Assembly: GCA_004764695.1 (NCBI GenBank)
Contig: SMSO01000004.1
Location: 62,001 to 126,000, forward strand
DNA length: 64,000 nucleotides
DNA from: Schizochytrium sp. TIO01
Taxonomy: Eukaryota; Protista; Bigyra: Labyrinthulomycetes
Direction of reading: 5' to 3'
Shown: positions 10,701-21,678 of the stretch, in pieces
Position numbering within the stretch: position 1 is the first letter of the stretch
How the letters are laid out: each line of letters starts with the position of its first letter
Notes under the pieces: model-generated
What the model was told of the DNA's origin: nothing
The model's input: the letters and a program-made list of their open reading frames with translations, nothing else
Databases searched by the model: none
Program-made: the position numbers and the translations under genes

Positions 10701-11211
10701 CCTCTGCACCATTTGCCTTTCCTCTGCCAGGCCCTCTTCTCGACCCAGGTCTTCCTGAGACACCTCGCACAGAGGCTGGTCTATTCCCAAACGAGCCTCC
10801 GCCTGGGCTTGCGGCACGCCGCAGAGCGCTTTCGTCGAGATACAGACCGCCGCTATTGTGGTGATTGTTGGCACCGTTGAAGGCGTTGCCAGCTTGTGCT
10901 GCGCGGGGTGAGCCATTAGCGGGTCTGGCGGACGCAAATGCACGGGGGTCGCCTGCAGACCTCCTGTTGGCGTTGGTGTTGGAGTTGCCAGCGGAGGCGA
11001 ACTTGGGTGGAAGCTGTTGAGGAGGAGGGCTGCGAGGACTCTGAAATCCTCGTCCGGAGCCGCCCTGGCTACGCGGGGAAGCGCCCTGAAAGGCTTGCTG
11101 GGGTGGAGGAGGCGAGTTTGGACCTTCGCCTCCCCCAAAACCGCCGCCGGAGCCTGCATTGCCATCGCGGCCAGCGCTCTGGCGCTTGAACTTGCCCTTG
11201 AAGAAAGACAT
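7753..11211 (-). CDS. 1152-aa protein: disordered N-terminus, PH domain, two filamin Ig-like repeats, coiled coil, C-terminal EF-hand/p25alpha-like helical domain
   Basis: PH motifs GELWKRGEFRKNWNRRYF, KGEINL, FAASSPEEASEWV. Filamin motifs AFGRGL, FTIQARD, DNQDGTFSCEYVP, IYGSPF, ADGLGL, IQGSPF. Confidence 0.88.
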   Translation of the reverse strand: MSFFKGKFKRQSAGRDGNAGSGGGFGGGEGPNSPPPPQQAFQGASPRSQGGSGRGFQSPRSPPPQQLPPKFASAGNSNTNANRRSAGDPRAFASARPANGSPRAAQAGNAFNGANNHHNSGGLYLDESALRRAASPGGGSFGNRPASVRGVSGRPGSRRGPGRGKANGAEEEEEEDPIPVEWKKASSRQRRFTASARPDLYQDGVDPTEDLGYDDFEFNQDFDELRMQLEEMDMEVNQTVELQRAREEGEGEEEQKARRPKKLGRKGRPKFKIPEECLIDGELWKRGEFRKNWNRRYFRMDRRTVKLFYYKPNDRRAFKGEINLRYTTVEYPVPQRKHKNSAIRWENEFHLIERDPRDHMRQMRRYEFAASSPEEASEWVMKLALLEQAREDHFMSNPSVRDPSVAGDIDPEEATRRWDEAQNWSAFGRGLHEGRIAVPSHFTIQARDELGDPIEFVNKMPTVVLESEDLHYDLHVTDNQDGTFSCEYVPARLGEYELTIMLDGYDIYGSPFHPRILPAPVATSHCTADGLGLLCAVIDQTNEFTIVPRNEFDESVALDEDQEFYIELEAPLQLKEVKKNDDGTVRIIYTVEMTRDALLQKQVNGEEVSAEIRVRLNDGRSQIDPWRNIQGSPFRPGLAASLSAEDIAAAYTASEFNKLLRERGDSGSAMQNGVNPFITFSKMLKESGLLRLPGAPEDNSQRTLALGNGTETERSIVPAMADDDEKNDETKDPSGTPSSHVQTGANSGTIEMSSGAKKMQQPNITPVDQAFSGSSFGNSIDNLQPQFQQHPQQQHYQQQQYQQPQYQSSVSSASGSYVPSSSYFPMFASADQQTMTPMSNSAGDDGNGAFHPFAPPPPSSQNYTGSAPASKYYMDGPWSPHEDEAPLVRESLEERVREIEQEKADLLKARREIDESRQLLDEKVRQMASLRKSVQADSEHLVEQARQTSRPHGGGYDDASSAGGGTSHLRPQRRRPSSMAPGRENDPQRAIPSGRTNIKLDNSFESKKQQQQQQQQRDMPLLNKQMIDLFDKHAVVLSRVYEFYKQLGGTNAMQLSDIIQLAQDYDVTPTFISRKEIRDLYTSVNRKSNIGALSYGSFVEILAQIAVHSLSKPMFAHLYSTDLSKVNVLLTMWGLADPVKLSEIQEDKAQVM

Positions 11212-14200
11212 GGCGATTTCGAAAGTTCAAATATTTAACAAACACAAAGCACGCCGGAAGGAGAAGCGCCGCTGAGTCACTTGCTCAATTTCTTAGGGTT
11301 TAGGCAGACGCCTGTGCGAGAGACCCGCTGGGTCTGGGTCTGCGTGCAGGTTAACTTTTCGCGAGGGCGCTACGCTGGACGGAGAGAATGCAGCACGCGA
11401 CTGTCGGCAGCACGTGAACGATTGAACTCGACTGCAGCGAGTCCACTTCCACCTGCAGAGCGCAGCTGCAGACAGCCTGCTCGACCGTCAGAAACTACCT
11501 CTACTACGCAATAGCGAAGCCGAAGCCGCCGCTGCCGCTCCGCGCGACCGCGCCGCACGCGCTCTACAACTGCGCTTTTGCTGCGCTTTGAAGTAATTTG
11601 ATCTGATTATACATACATTACATAAAACATTCATTACAACTTTCTTAAGAGGTACTAGGTACCACTCCATAGTAATTGTTCACAATTCGCCTTTTGAGTT
11701 TTCTTCCCTTGGCTTCTCGTGCAAAGGCGACGCTGCAAAATGTGTTGATTGTCATTGCTTCTTCACGCTGTCATGCATCTCACTCACTATCGTGCTCCAG
11801 CGACGCTGATGCCGAGGGTCATCTCTAGTTCGACTTGAAGTCTTCTCTTTCCGAAGTTCCTCTTCATTTCTTGTGCACACGAGGCCGGCAAAACCTCCGT
11901 ACCCCCTTTAACTTTGCGCTGCTGCATATAATACGGACTTGATGTGGCGCTGATGGATCTCCATCTTGGTGCTCCTGACTTTCTAATACAAATATAACGA
12001 TTGTCGGCAATTCTTTGCATCGTTAAGATTCGCCGGGATCCGGGCCTCCGTTTCATTCCCCAATAAGCGGAAGGCGTCAACGAATACTTGCCTATGGTCT
12101 TATATATCGCAAACAATAGGACTCAGGTCCATCCATCGTCAACATCATCGGTAATGCTGCAATTCTATAGCCATCGCACAGAGCATCAACGCTTCTTTCC
12201 TCAGGGAAGGAGTCCTCAAGATGCAGGTGCTCGACTGGCATCCTCTCCGAAGCGCTTCTATGCAGAGCGGTGATTTGCAGACGACTCACACTGCAAATTA
12301 ACCGCAACGACGAACCTGAAGGCATTCATTACCAGGAAGACTGGCGGTACACACTCACACCGCGGCAAAGCAACGTGGGTGTATACAAAGAGTCTTTGTT
12401 TGAGAGCGATTATTTGCGCGAATTCGGGAGATAGTCTACTTATAATTTGTATTGCAGAGTACACGTGTTCTGCTATATTTAGATCTATTAAGAGACACAA
12501 ACTTTGCATGTTTTGCAAAATGCCCCCACCCGTGCTCGGCTCTGTTATACAGGCCTTACCAACCTAGTAATACGTATGTAGGCACCTAGGCACCGCATAG
12601 CATGTATATAGAGCAACCTGCGAGTTGATTGGAGGCGCCAATGTAAATCTCGTAGGTAAGATTGATCTCACTGCGCTCAAATTGCACAAGGACTTAAGGA
12701 TAGGTACATAATAATGGAAATGGAATTTGGTGGAGTGGATTTTTGGAAACAAAAGCAGGATATCATGAAATACCTGCACCATGAATCAACAATGTAACCT
12801 GCAGTCCTGGTATGAAGTTTAACCTGGTGGTCAACGAGGGTCAGTGCTTACTAGAGGATGAACATGAGGACAGCGAGGTAGCTGTTGATGACGAACAAAA
12901 GATGGAGTGGAGAGGCTGCCAGCGCAAAGAAATGTAATCACAACTTCTGAAAAAAAAGGTGCTCCTGGGGCTTGAGCTATGAGCTACTCAGTACCTAGGT
13001 GGTAGTTGTAAATGTGGGGGAAAACTGGACAGCGGCTTGAGGAAGGCTTGGGACCTGCCAGTATGTTATACGTTATCATCATCATACGCTGATCAAATTC
13101 ATGGCAGGGGATCTATGCACACATAAGGTCTGCAAAGTTATTGACATCACGGCTCTAACTTGAATCAAGCTATTGATTATTTCATGTAACTGGGAGGTGT
13201 GTGCTTCTTTGTATCTTGGGCGCCTACTACTCGAATGATAACGCACACTCCGCAACCAAAATGTTTCGTCTACGCAGTGAAATGATAGATACATCCGGCT
13301 TATCAGCTCGCAATTGGCAGCGAGTTTTGCTACTCTTTTCTTCACACACACACACAACCCAGAGGCCGCTACGAACAATATTTCAACGTGGCGAATGATT
13401 GTAAAAGGAAACAAGAGTAAAGCTACTCAACTAGCAAACTAGTGAGTTCAGCCTATGGAATGTGCGGAAACTCCATTCAGGCAAGTAAAACGTGCAAGAG
13501 AAAGCTAAGTCCCTCCCAATAAATTGTGCTTTTTTTATACTTTTGCTAGGTGCTCTTTTGAAGCAATCAATTGACAAACTTTAGTATCTACCTAGATTCA
13601 TAGTCTCCAGTTGTCCAATGCAGCTTGCACCACAATTCCTTACCTTAATGCGGAAGACTTGCTATCTTCCCAACGCCGCCATCGATTGCAGAGCCGCTCA
13701 GGAGGTAGAAATAGCCACACCATGTACTAGGTAGTAGGTTCTGTTGCATTTACGAATACTGGTTTTGTAATTCCGCACGTGTAATTCCTCTGTCGTCGCC
13801 GCCGCGGGATTTATCCTGAAAAAGTAAATTCGAAGAGACCCATCCAAAACAACCTTCTCTCATTCGCACGTAGGAAATGAAGTACCCTCAAATTCTATCT
13901 TAAAGCTCTTATCCAGCCGCGTCCAGCTCGCTTGAGTGCCATTTTCAATTCACCCAAAGGCCACTCGAATTGATCATTTTTACAATTCTCTAAAGATGGT
14001 CCCCACCGACTCCCAGAACGTGCCCAGAACCCTTGCTTGCTTCCCCGTATAGTACCCACCTACCCTAAACAATAGGCCCTTGAAGGAAAGGTAAAGAAGC
14101 TGGGCGAAACGCGATGGAGAACGCTCTGCATGATTCTGCGTATTTGTTCTTTTCCGAGGGAAAGAACTATTGGTGGCAAGGAGGGGCGGTGGCTAGGGTA

Positions 14201-14382
14201 GCGCCCAATAAGTGTATCTATAGGAGTATCTTGGCCGTGGTTTCTCTATGGTTGGATAGCGGAGGCGGAGACTCGTGGCGGCGGCAAAGAAGGATCGCGC
14301 GGCAAGCTTGCGCGAGAGCTAGGAAGGCACGCACGCAGCGGGAGGAAGCTAATCTAGCAGCGAAAGCGACGCGGCAGCCATC

Positions 14383-16419
14383 ATGGCGGACGATGAGGCC
14401 GACAAGAATGTGGAGCTCTGGAAGATGAAGAAGCTCATCAAAACACTCACCATGGCAAAGTACGTCCACAATAATTTATAATGTTACTCACCCAACCACT
14501 AGGTCACCAGCTCGCCACTGTGAGCAAGATTGGTTTGGCTTAGTTTCGAAGAACTGGGTAGTCCCCTTTCTCTTGTGGAACTCGCCAGCTAATCAATAGA
14601 CATACCTACCGTTCTGGCTTCTTGAACACGACAATGATTAGGACAACGGGCTTCTTCTTTCACTGCAAACGTAATGAAATAAATGCCAGTTGTGTCCTCT
14701 AACAAACGTCGAGGAGCAAATGTAAACAATTTGCATTACGAGGTAATCTGTAATCTATTGAGCTGAAGAAGACCCTTTTCAAAAAGGTTCTGCATGGCTG
14801 AGACTGAGACTAGAGTTTTGATGCTTAATCTCTGATGCTTGCAAGGGGAAGTTATAGAGAATTATGATTGGAGTTAAGTACAACGAAGAAATGGACCGGA
14901 CCAACTAACGATGCAATCGCTACTGTGGCTTTGACACGTTTGCGCATCCATTATGGTTTGACTTTTTAATGTAACAGGGGTAACGGTACGAGTATGATTT
15001 CTCTCATCATGCCTCCCGGTGAGCAGCTCCCCAAGGTATGTTTTATGATTGCTTTTGTGTTTGGTACTTTGCTAGCTCTGGGCTTCCCGCAAAGAAATCG
15101 AGCTTACTTACGTCTATGACCAAGTATTTCTGATGATGACTAACACTTACACAATTGACCCATTTATGTCCTAATGCTACACAAATACACAGGTGAACAA
15201 GATGCTTACCGATGAGGCCGGTACTGCCACCAACATCAAATCCCGTGTGAACAGGCTCTCTGTGCTCAGTGCAATCACAAGTACCCAGCAGCGCCTCAAG
15301 TTGTATAACAAGTGCCCCCCCAACGGCCTTGTGCTTTTTGTCGGCACCATCCTCACTGATGAGGGCAAGGAAAAGAAGGTCAGTATTGATTTCGAGCCTT
15401 TCAAGCCCATCAACACATCCTTGTACATGTGTGATAACCGCTTCCACACTGAGGCCCTCGAGGAGCTTCTCACGGACGACGACAAGTTTGGTTTCGTCGT
15501 GATGGATGGTAACGGATGTCTCTTCGGTACTCTTTCCGGTAACACTCGTGAGGTGATCACCAAGTTCACCGTCGATCTCCCCAAGAAGCACGGCCGTGGT
15601 GGTCAGTCTGCTCTTCGTTTTGCACGTCTGCGTCTCGAGAAGCGGCACAACTACGTCCGCAAGTGTGCTGAAACTGCTGTGACTTGCTTTATCACTAACG
15701 ACAGGCCCAACGTCAAGGGTATTGTTCTCGCTGGTTCCGCCGAGTTCAAGAACGTCTTGGCCGGTTCTGATCTCTTTGACCCGCGTCTTAAGGCTGTTGT
15801 CATTCAGCTTGTTGATGTTTCCTACGGTGGTGAAAATGGTTTCAACCAGGCAATTGAGCTTGCTCAGGATGCTCTCGCTAACGTTAAGTTCGTCAAGGAG
15901 AAGAAGCTCATCACCAACTTCTTCGACGAAATTGCTCAGGATACCGGTAAGATTTGCTTCGGTATCCAGGAAACTTTCATGGCTCTCGAAATGGGTGCCG
16001 TCGAGACACTCCTTGTGTGGGAGAACCTCGAGCACGAGCGCTTTGAGCTCCTCAACAACCAAACTGGTGAGATCACCTTCAAGACTCTCAGCCCCGAGCA
16101 GGCCCAGGACTCGCGTAACTTCGTCACTGCCGACGGTGTGGATCTCGAGATCAAGGAGCGCATGGCCCTCACTGAGTACCTTGCCACCAACTACCGTAAC
16201 TTCGGTACCACCCTCGAGTTTATCACTGACAAGAGTCAGCAGGGCAGCCAGTTCTGCAAGGGCTTTGGTGGTATTGGTGGTATTCTTCGTTGGCCCGTGC
16301 AGTTCTCTGCTCTTGACCCCAACAACGCTATTGTCGACGATGCCTTCGCAGAGGAGGAGAACGACGATGATGAATTGGACGACCCCAACAGCATCGACTG
16401 GGATGACATTGGATTTTAA
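14383..16419 (+). CDS. ETF1: Eukaryotic peptide chain release factor 1; exons 14383-14459, 14978-15035, 15193-16419
   Basis: GT-AG introns 14460-14977 and 15036-15192, each with a CTAAC branch-like site. The spliced product reads [50 protein letters not shown]. Motifs [27 protein letters not shown]. Confidence 0.97.
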
Positions 16420-17441
16420 ATTCATACCGTGTCACTGTTGTTAGCCATTTGCATTCTTTCCCATCTTGCCATTTCCTACCCCAAAGATACATAAACAAAT
16501 AATAAAGCAAAACAAAGTTCTGCCCTTTACTTACTTTATTTTTTAAAACATTACTTTTTCCTTTACATTTTTTCATCAGTTTGTTATTAGTCCCTTCCTT
16601 GCCAATACAAACCAACCAACCAAATAAACAAGAACAGCAGCTCTCCCCTGCGCTAATAAGTCACCTTGTCCTTTTGTTTTATTGTTCTAACGTTCAAGGC
16701 TTACTTCAAATTTCAACAAAATTTGGGGCTTCTCAGTGGTAGTCTTATATCTTCCTGAAGACACAACAACAACGAAATTTTCTCAACCATATTCTAAGTT
16801 GGGTAAGTAGGCTTTCATTTTGTGGATCTGTGCTGAGACCATCATGTGGCCTAACTTGTCTGGCCTTTTGCCTTTGAGCAAATGGTTCGGTATTATCCTT
16901 GCCTTAGAGGTCTTATCCGATCATTTCGACGAGACAGAGCCGAGAGGCACCATCTTCACTTTATCACTCATTTATCATAACATACTCTTAATCTCTTCTT
17001 TGCATTCCATACAGTCAAGTTTGTTATACTCTTCCTTTTCTATAACAAATTTACTGTAAGGAGAAAAAAGAAGAAAAAGAATATAATTTATTGTATCACC
17101 TTACGTACATTCAATTTGTAAAATGTAAAAGATAATTAGATGATAAATGTATCCGTTGGTAGTAATATGTGTGTACTCATACATAACCTATAAAAAATCG
17201 AAGAACTCACACAAGTTGGCACTAGTATTGAGGTTATGCTTGATTTGGTGCTCTTTCATACCTCTTTATAATAAGCAAGGGGGGCAAGGCGAGGCTTGAA
17301 AGGAAAGCAAAGTGCAGCTGAGGCAACGCAAGTACATTTTGTCACCCGTGGAGCACGGGTCAAGGCACGGGCACGTGCTTTGCGTCTGTGCGAGTGTTCG
17401 CTGATTGTGTCAGGGGAGACGAAAAGCGAGAGTGGTTGAAA

Positions 17442-20400
17442 ATGGAGCTCGACCATGTCTTTGGTCTACGAAGCGACCTGCACGGGAATGTTGTGTACCT
17501 TGATGAGACCACCGTCGCGTATCCTTGTGGCCATGTGGTTGTTCTGTACAATTTGGAGACCAAGTTACAAAGGTTCATTCAAGGCTCGGACTGGTCTGGT
17601 GGAATCTGCGCGGTCGCTACTTCTCCCAATCGCAAGCTCATTGCTGTAGCTGAGCGCACAGCAGAATGCCCTATCGTAAGCATCTACGATGCAGCATCCT
17701 TAAAGAAACGCAAGGTGCTTTCATGTTCAGATATGCGATCAGGGGATCTCGTTAATATTGCCTTCTCGGGTGATAGCAAACAACTTCTGGCACAAGGTCA
17801 CTCCCCAGACTGGTTAGCTATGATTTGGGTTTGGGAGAAGAACAAATGCATTGTGACGAGCAAAACAAGTAATGTTCAAGGGAATGCCATCACATTTACA
17901 GACTTTTGCCCATGGGATTCCAATACTCTTTGTGTCATTGGGGATGGAATCCTCAAGTTCCTACGGGTTCAGGACGGTGCAACACGGGCACTTCCATTTT
18001 CATTTAAACGTGAAATTCAGCAATATATTTGTCACACATGGCTAAAAGAAACGGAGCGTCTCGTCGTCGCAACCGATACAGGCGATTTGCTTTTATTTGA
18101 GAACTTTGAATTCCGGGGCACGCTTGCGTTTGTGCAGCAAGACGACGACAGTCTTGACATGCTTCCAATTGATTCGCTCGCGGCATACAACAAAGGGCTT
18201 GTCTGCGGTGGCGCTCATAATACCTTGCGTATCTTCGAGCAAACTGACGATCCTCATGAATACTACCGACACACTAAGACATTCTCTATTGAAGGCAAGT
18301 CAAGTCGTGTCATTAACCTTGCACTCTCACCAAGTGAGGATAACATTGCTTGTTCACTTGCCAACAACCAAGTGTATGTGCTAGGTTTGTCTAACACAGA
18401 TATTCTAAAAGCTGAGGAGATGAACTTTGAGCTTCTTACCACATCAGTGCATGGACCATTTATTCATGAGGCAGGCATGGCTGCGACAGCAACTGGTGCT
18501 GCAGCAGCAGCAGCTGCTGAAGATGCTGGTTCGGGTTCACAGGTGACGGGGCTTGATGTCTGCATGCGCAAGCCTTACGTTGCTTCATGCGGTATTGATC
18601 GCACTGTGCGCGTGTGGAACTACTTGGAAAAAACTGTGGTTCTTATGAGGGAATTTTCAGAAGTACCCTTATCGCTGTCATTTCACCCATCTGGTTTGCA
18701 TTTGCTTGTAGGCTTCTCGGATAAATTGCGTCTAATGAATTTACTCATGGATGATATCCGAACGTACAAAGAATTTCCAATCAAAGCTTGCAAAGAGTGT
18801 CGGTTTTCTAATGGAGGTCAGTATTTTGCTGCGGCAAATGGCAATGTCGTCCAAGTATTCCAAACATACACCTTTGAATGTATTTTAACACTTCGCGGCC
18901 ATGCCGGGCGCGTTTTGTCTGTAAACTGGACACAAGATGACCGTGTTTTAGTCTCAGCAGGCGCCGATGGAGTGCTTTACAGATGGTGTATTAAGGAGGG
19001 TCGCAAGGACGGCGAGTATGTGTGCAAAGGTAATGTATTGCAAAACACCGTGCCGCGAGATGTTGATGCGAACGTGGCTATATGTACCGCTAGCCCTGAT
19101 GCTAAAATAAAAGAAGTACAGCTTGGCAATGGTAGTATTCTCTTTGAGGCTGCTCCGCCTGAAGGTCTTTCGTTTGAGAGACTTGCCATCTCGAATTCTG
19201 GGCGATCGCTCTTTGCCACAATGATTCCACCTGGTGATGCAAAGTATGGAACGATGGTAATGCTCAGTTTGCCGCTCTCGACAAACCATATTGCTCCGTC
19301 GGCAGGTGCACAAGGTGGTGCTGAAGGTGGCAAGTCTGGTGATGGTGAGCTTGCAGTCTCAGGATCGGCAAGCGTGGTTGCAGGAGATGAGCCTGCATCC
19401 CCATCTGGCGCAGGAGCTTACGGAGCGGCAGCAGCACTGGGTGGCACCGCGGGTGATCGCCCCACGCCAGAATGCCTCTCTTTAGTTCTTGACCAGCTGA
19501 AGCATATTGCAGTTCATGCGGGTCGCATTACACGCGTCTGTGTAAGCCCAGATGATCAATACCTTTTCACATGTGGTGAGGATGGCACTTTGGCCATGTT
19601 TACAGTAAAGGAGGAGCCCGAGGCGGGTCGTGGCGCGCGTAATAATCGAGAAAAGGAGGCCCCGCTTGCATTTGCAGAGGAGATCTTAGTCACCAAGTCA
19701 GATCTTGAAGAGAAGAACAATTTGATGCAAGATTTAAAGAACAAGGTGGATGAGCTTACGCTGCACAACGAGTACCAGCTCAGGTTGAAAGATATGAACT
19801 ACAATGAGCGTATTAAGGAGGTGACCACCAAATTCTCGGAGGAGTTAGACCAAGACCGCGCAAAATATGACAAGCTGAGTACTGAAAAGCAGAGCATGGA
19901 GAACATGTTCAAGGAGCGCCTGGAGAAATTAGAGCAACAACACAGCGACCAACTTGAGACCGTGGAGCGCGCCTATCAAGAGAAGGTCGATGCCGAAATG
20001 CAGCGTTTCGATGCTCTCTCGCAGGAGCGTGAGCAAATGGCCCTCAAGTGGGATGAGGAGAATCAAGTGCTGGTTGAAAGCCACGAAAAGTACGTGAATG
20101 AGGTCACGGATGAGTACGAGAAGAAGCTTGCTCGGGAGCTCAATGAGCGCGAAGAGATTGAAGAGGAGAAGCAACGATTGGTCAAGAGTTTTGAGGACCG
20201 TAAACAGGAAGTAGAGGAAGACGCAGACATGGAGATCGAAGAGCTCAAAGAGAGGTATGAAACGAAGCTCAAGAGCGAGCGCGAAGCAACAATCCGTTTG
20301 AAAGGCGAGAACGGATTAATGAAGAAGAAGTTTCGTACTCTGCAAAACGATATTGAGCAGCAAAAAGATGAGATCAAGAATTTGAGCGAACGTGAGATGG

Positions 20401-21440
20401 ATCTATACGAGCGCATCAAGAGTCTGGAAAAGGATATTCAGGGCCATAAAAAGGAAATCAAGGAGCGCGATGAGACTATTCAAGATAAGGAGAAGCGTAT
20501 CTATGATTTGAAAAAGAAGAACCAGGAGCTGGAAAAGTTTAAATTCGTTCTTGATTACAAGATCAAGGAGTTGAAGCGTCAGATTGAGCCTCGTGAGAAT
20601 GAGATTGCTGATATGAGGCAACAAATCAAGGAGATGGATCTCGAACTCGAGCAATACCAGAAGAGCAATGCCGCACTTGATCTTATGATTGGTGAGCTGC
20701 GTTTGAAGATTGATGGCATGCAAAAGGAGATCGATGAGCAGACCAAGAAGCTCCGAGATGCCAAATCCGCTGCAGAGCAATGCAAAGTGGATTTGCACGA
20801 GGCAATCAATTCTCTCAACGACCCTGTAGCGCTGAAGCAGCGTATTGTGCAAATGTTTAAGACATACGCTCAAGCCCCGGATCGTGAATCCTCAACAACT
20901 TCAGGTGGGACGTCAGGTCCTGATGACGCAGCTGGTGGGGCAGATGGTGGTGCTGGTGGAGAGCAGCAGCAAGAAGCGACAACTCAAGTGCAAAAAGAGT
21001 ATAATCGTCAGCGCGAGTACCTGGAGAAATCTGTGGACTCTCTCAAACGCAAGCTAAACAAGGATATGAAGATGCATCAAAATGATAAGATGCGTCTCTT
21101 GCGAGAATCGGTGGACCTTACGAACGAAATCAATGTATTGCGCCGTGAACTACACGTTCTGGACACAAAACGGCATGCCAAACAACGTTCCTTACTCCTT
21201 TCTGACCACCATAGTTATGCTAGTGGCAACAGCGATGCTGGCATGCCCATGGTGTTATCAACGCCATCATTTGGCTCTAGTAATAACCAAGTGGACTCAC
21301 CTATGGCAGGTTCTCCGTCTGGAGTTTTGCCTCCATCAGGAGAGCGCCAGGTTTCACGTGAGTTGGAGATGCAACGTAAGCAAATCTCACATCTATTGCA
21401 GCAGATTGCAACTTATGAGCAGAATCTTGGCCTCAAGTAG
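17442..21440 (+). CDS. CFAP57: Cilia- and flagella-associated protein 57 (WDR65)
   Basis: ATG at 17442 (MELDHVFGL). WD40 repeats, then a long coiled coil with EEILVTKSDLEEK, LKGENGLMKKKF and EKRIYDLKKKNQELEKFKFVLDYKIKELKRQIEPRE. Confidence 0.95.
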   Translation: MELDHVFGLRSDLHGNVVYLDETTVAYPCGHVVVLYNLETKLQRFIQGSDWSGGICAVATSPNRKLIAVAERTAECPIVSIYDAASLKKRKVLSCSDMRSGDLVNIAFSGDSKQLLAQGHSPDWLAMIWVWEKNKCIVTSKTSNVQGNAITFTDFCPWDSNTLCVIGDGILKFLRVQDGATRALPFSFKREIQQYICHTWLKETERLVVATDTGDLLLFENFEFRGTLAFVQQDDDSLDMLPIDSLAAYNKGLVCGGAHNTLRIFEQTDDPHEYYRHTKTFSIEGKSSRVINLALSPSEDNIACSLANNQVYVLGLSNTDILKAEEMNFELLTTSVHGPFIHEAGMAATATGAAAAAAAEDAGSGSQVTGLDVCMRKPYVASCGIDRTVRVWNYLEKTVVLMREFSEVPLSLSFHPSGLHLLVGFSDKLRLMNLLMDDIRTYKEFPIKACKECRFSNGGQYFAAANGNVVQVFQTYTFECILTLRGHAGRVLSVNWTQDDRVLVSAGADGVLYRWCIKEGRKDGEYVCKGNVLQNTVPRDVDANVAICTASPDAKIKEVQLGNGSILFEAAPPEGLSFERLAISNSGRSLFATMIPPGDAKYGTMVMLSLPLSTNHIAPSAGAQGGAEGGKSGDGELAVSGSASVVAGDEPASPSGAGAYGAAAALGGTAGDRPTPECLSLVLDQLKHIAVHAGRITRVCVSPDDQYLFTCGEDGTLAMFTVKEEPEAGRGARNNREKEAPLAFAEEILVTKSDLEEKNNLMQDLKNKVDELTLHNEYQLRLKDMNYNERIKEVTTKFSEELDQDRAKYDKLSTEKQSMENMFKERLEKLEQQHSDQLETVERAYQEKVDAEMQRFDALSQEREQMALKWDEENQVLVESHEKYVNEVTDEYEKKLARELNEREEIEEEKQRLVKSFEDRKQEVEEDADMEIEELKERYETKLKSEREATIRLKGENGLMKKKFRTLQNDIEQQKDEIKNLSEREMDLYERIKSLEKDIQGHKKEIKERDETIQDKEKRIYDLKKKNQELEKFKFVLDYKIKELKRQIEPRENEIADMRQQIKEMDLELEQYQKSNAALDLMIGELRLKIDGMQKEIDEQTKKLRDAKSAAEQCKVDLHEAINSLNDPVALKQRIVQMFKTYAQAPDRESSTTSGGTSGPDDAAGGADGGAGGEQQQEATTQVQKEYNRQREYLEKSVDSLKRKLNKDMKMHQNDKMRLLRESVDLTNEINVLRRELHVLDTKRHAKQRSLLLSDHHSYASGNSDAGMPMVLSTPSFGSSNNQVDSPMAGSPSGVLPPSGERQVSRELEMQRKQISHLLQQIATYEQNLGLK

Positions 21441-21576
21441 AGAAAGTACTCTTATAAACAATCCCCAAATCATTCCAAGGTCTTCGTTGGCCCAGACACT
21501 AGGCAGGTACGATCGCCATCATCACAAAATGTGCAGTAGATTAAATGAAATTCACCATATATCTTTTGTTAATTTG

Positions 21577-21678
21577 CATTCTATCCTCTTCATCTTATAT
21601 CTTACATTCTATCCTCGTCATCTTATATCTTACATTCTATCCTCTTCATCTTATATCTTACATTCTATCCTCTTCATC
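21577..21678. repeat. 28-bp minisatellite, about 3.6 copies
   Basis: cattctatcctc(t/g)tcatcttatatctta at 21577, 21605 and 21633, with a partial copy at 21661. Confidence 0.92.

Noticed and set aside
15036-15192. Intronic C/D snoRNA in eRF1 intron 2
   Set aside because: The C box is imperfect, there is no terminal stem, and I could not recognise an rRNA-complementary guide.
15043-16425. 460-aa antisense ORF over eRF1
   Set aside because: It mirrors the eRF1 exon and has no recognisable motifs. It is explained by the strong codon bias of a highly expressed gene.
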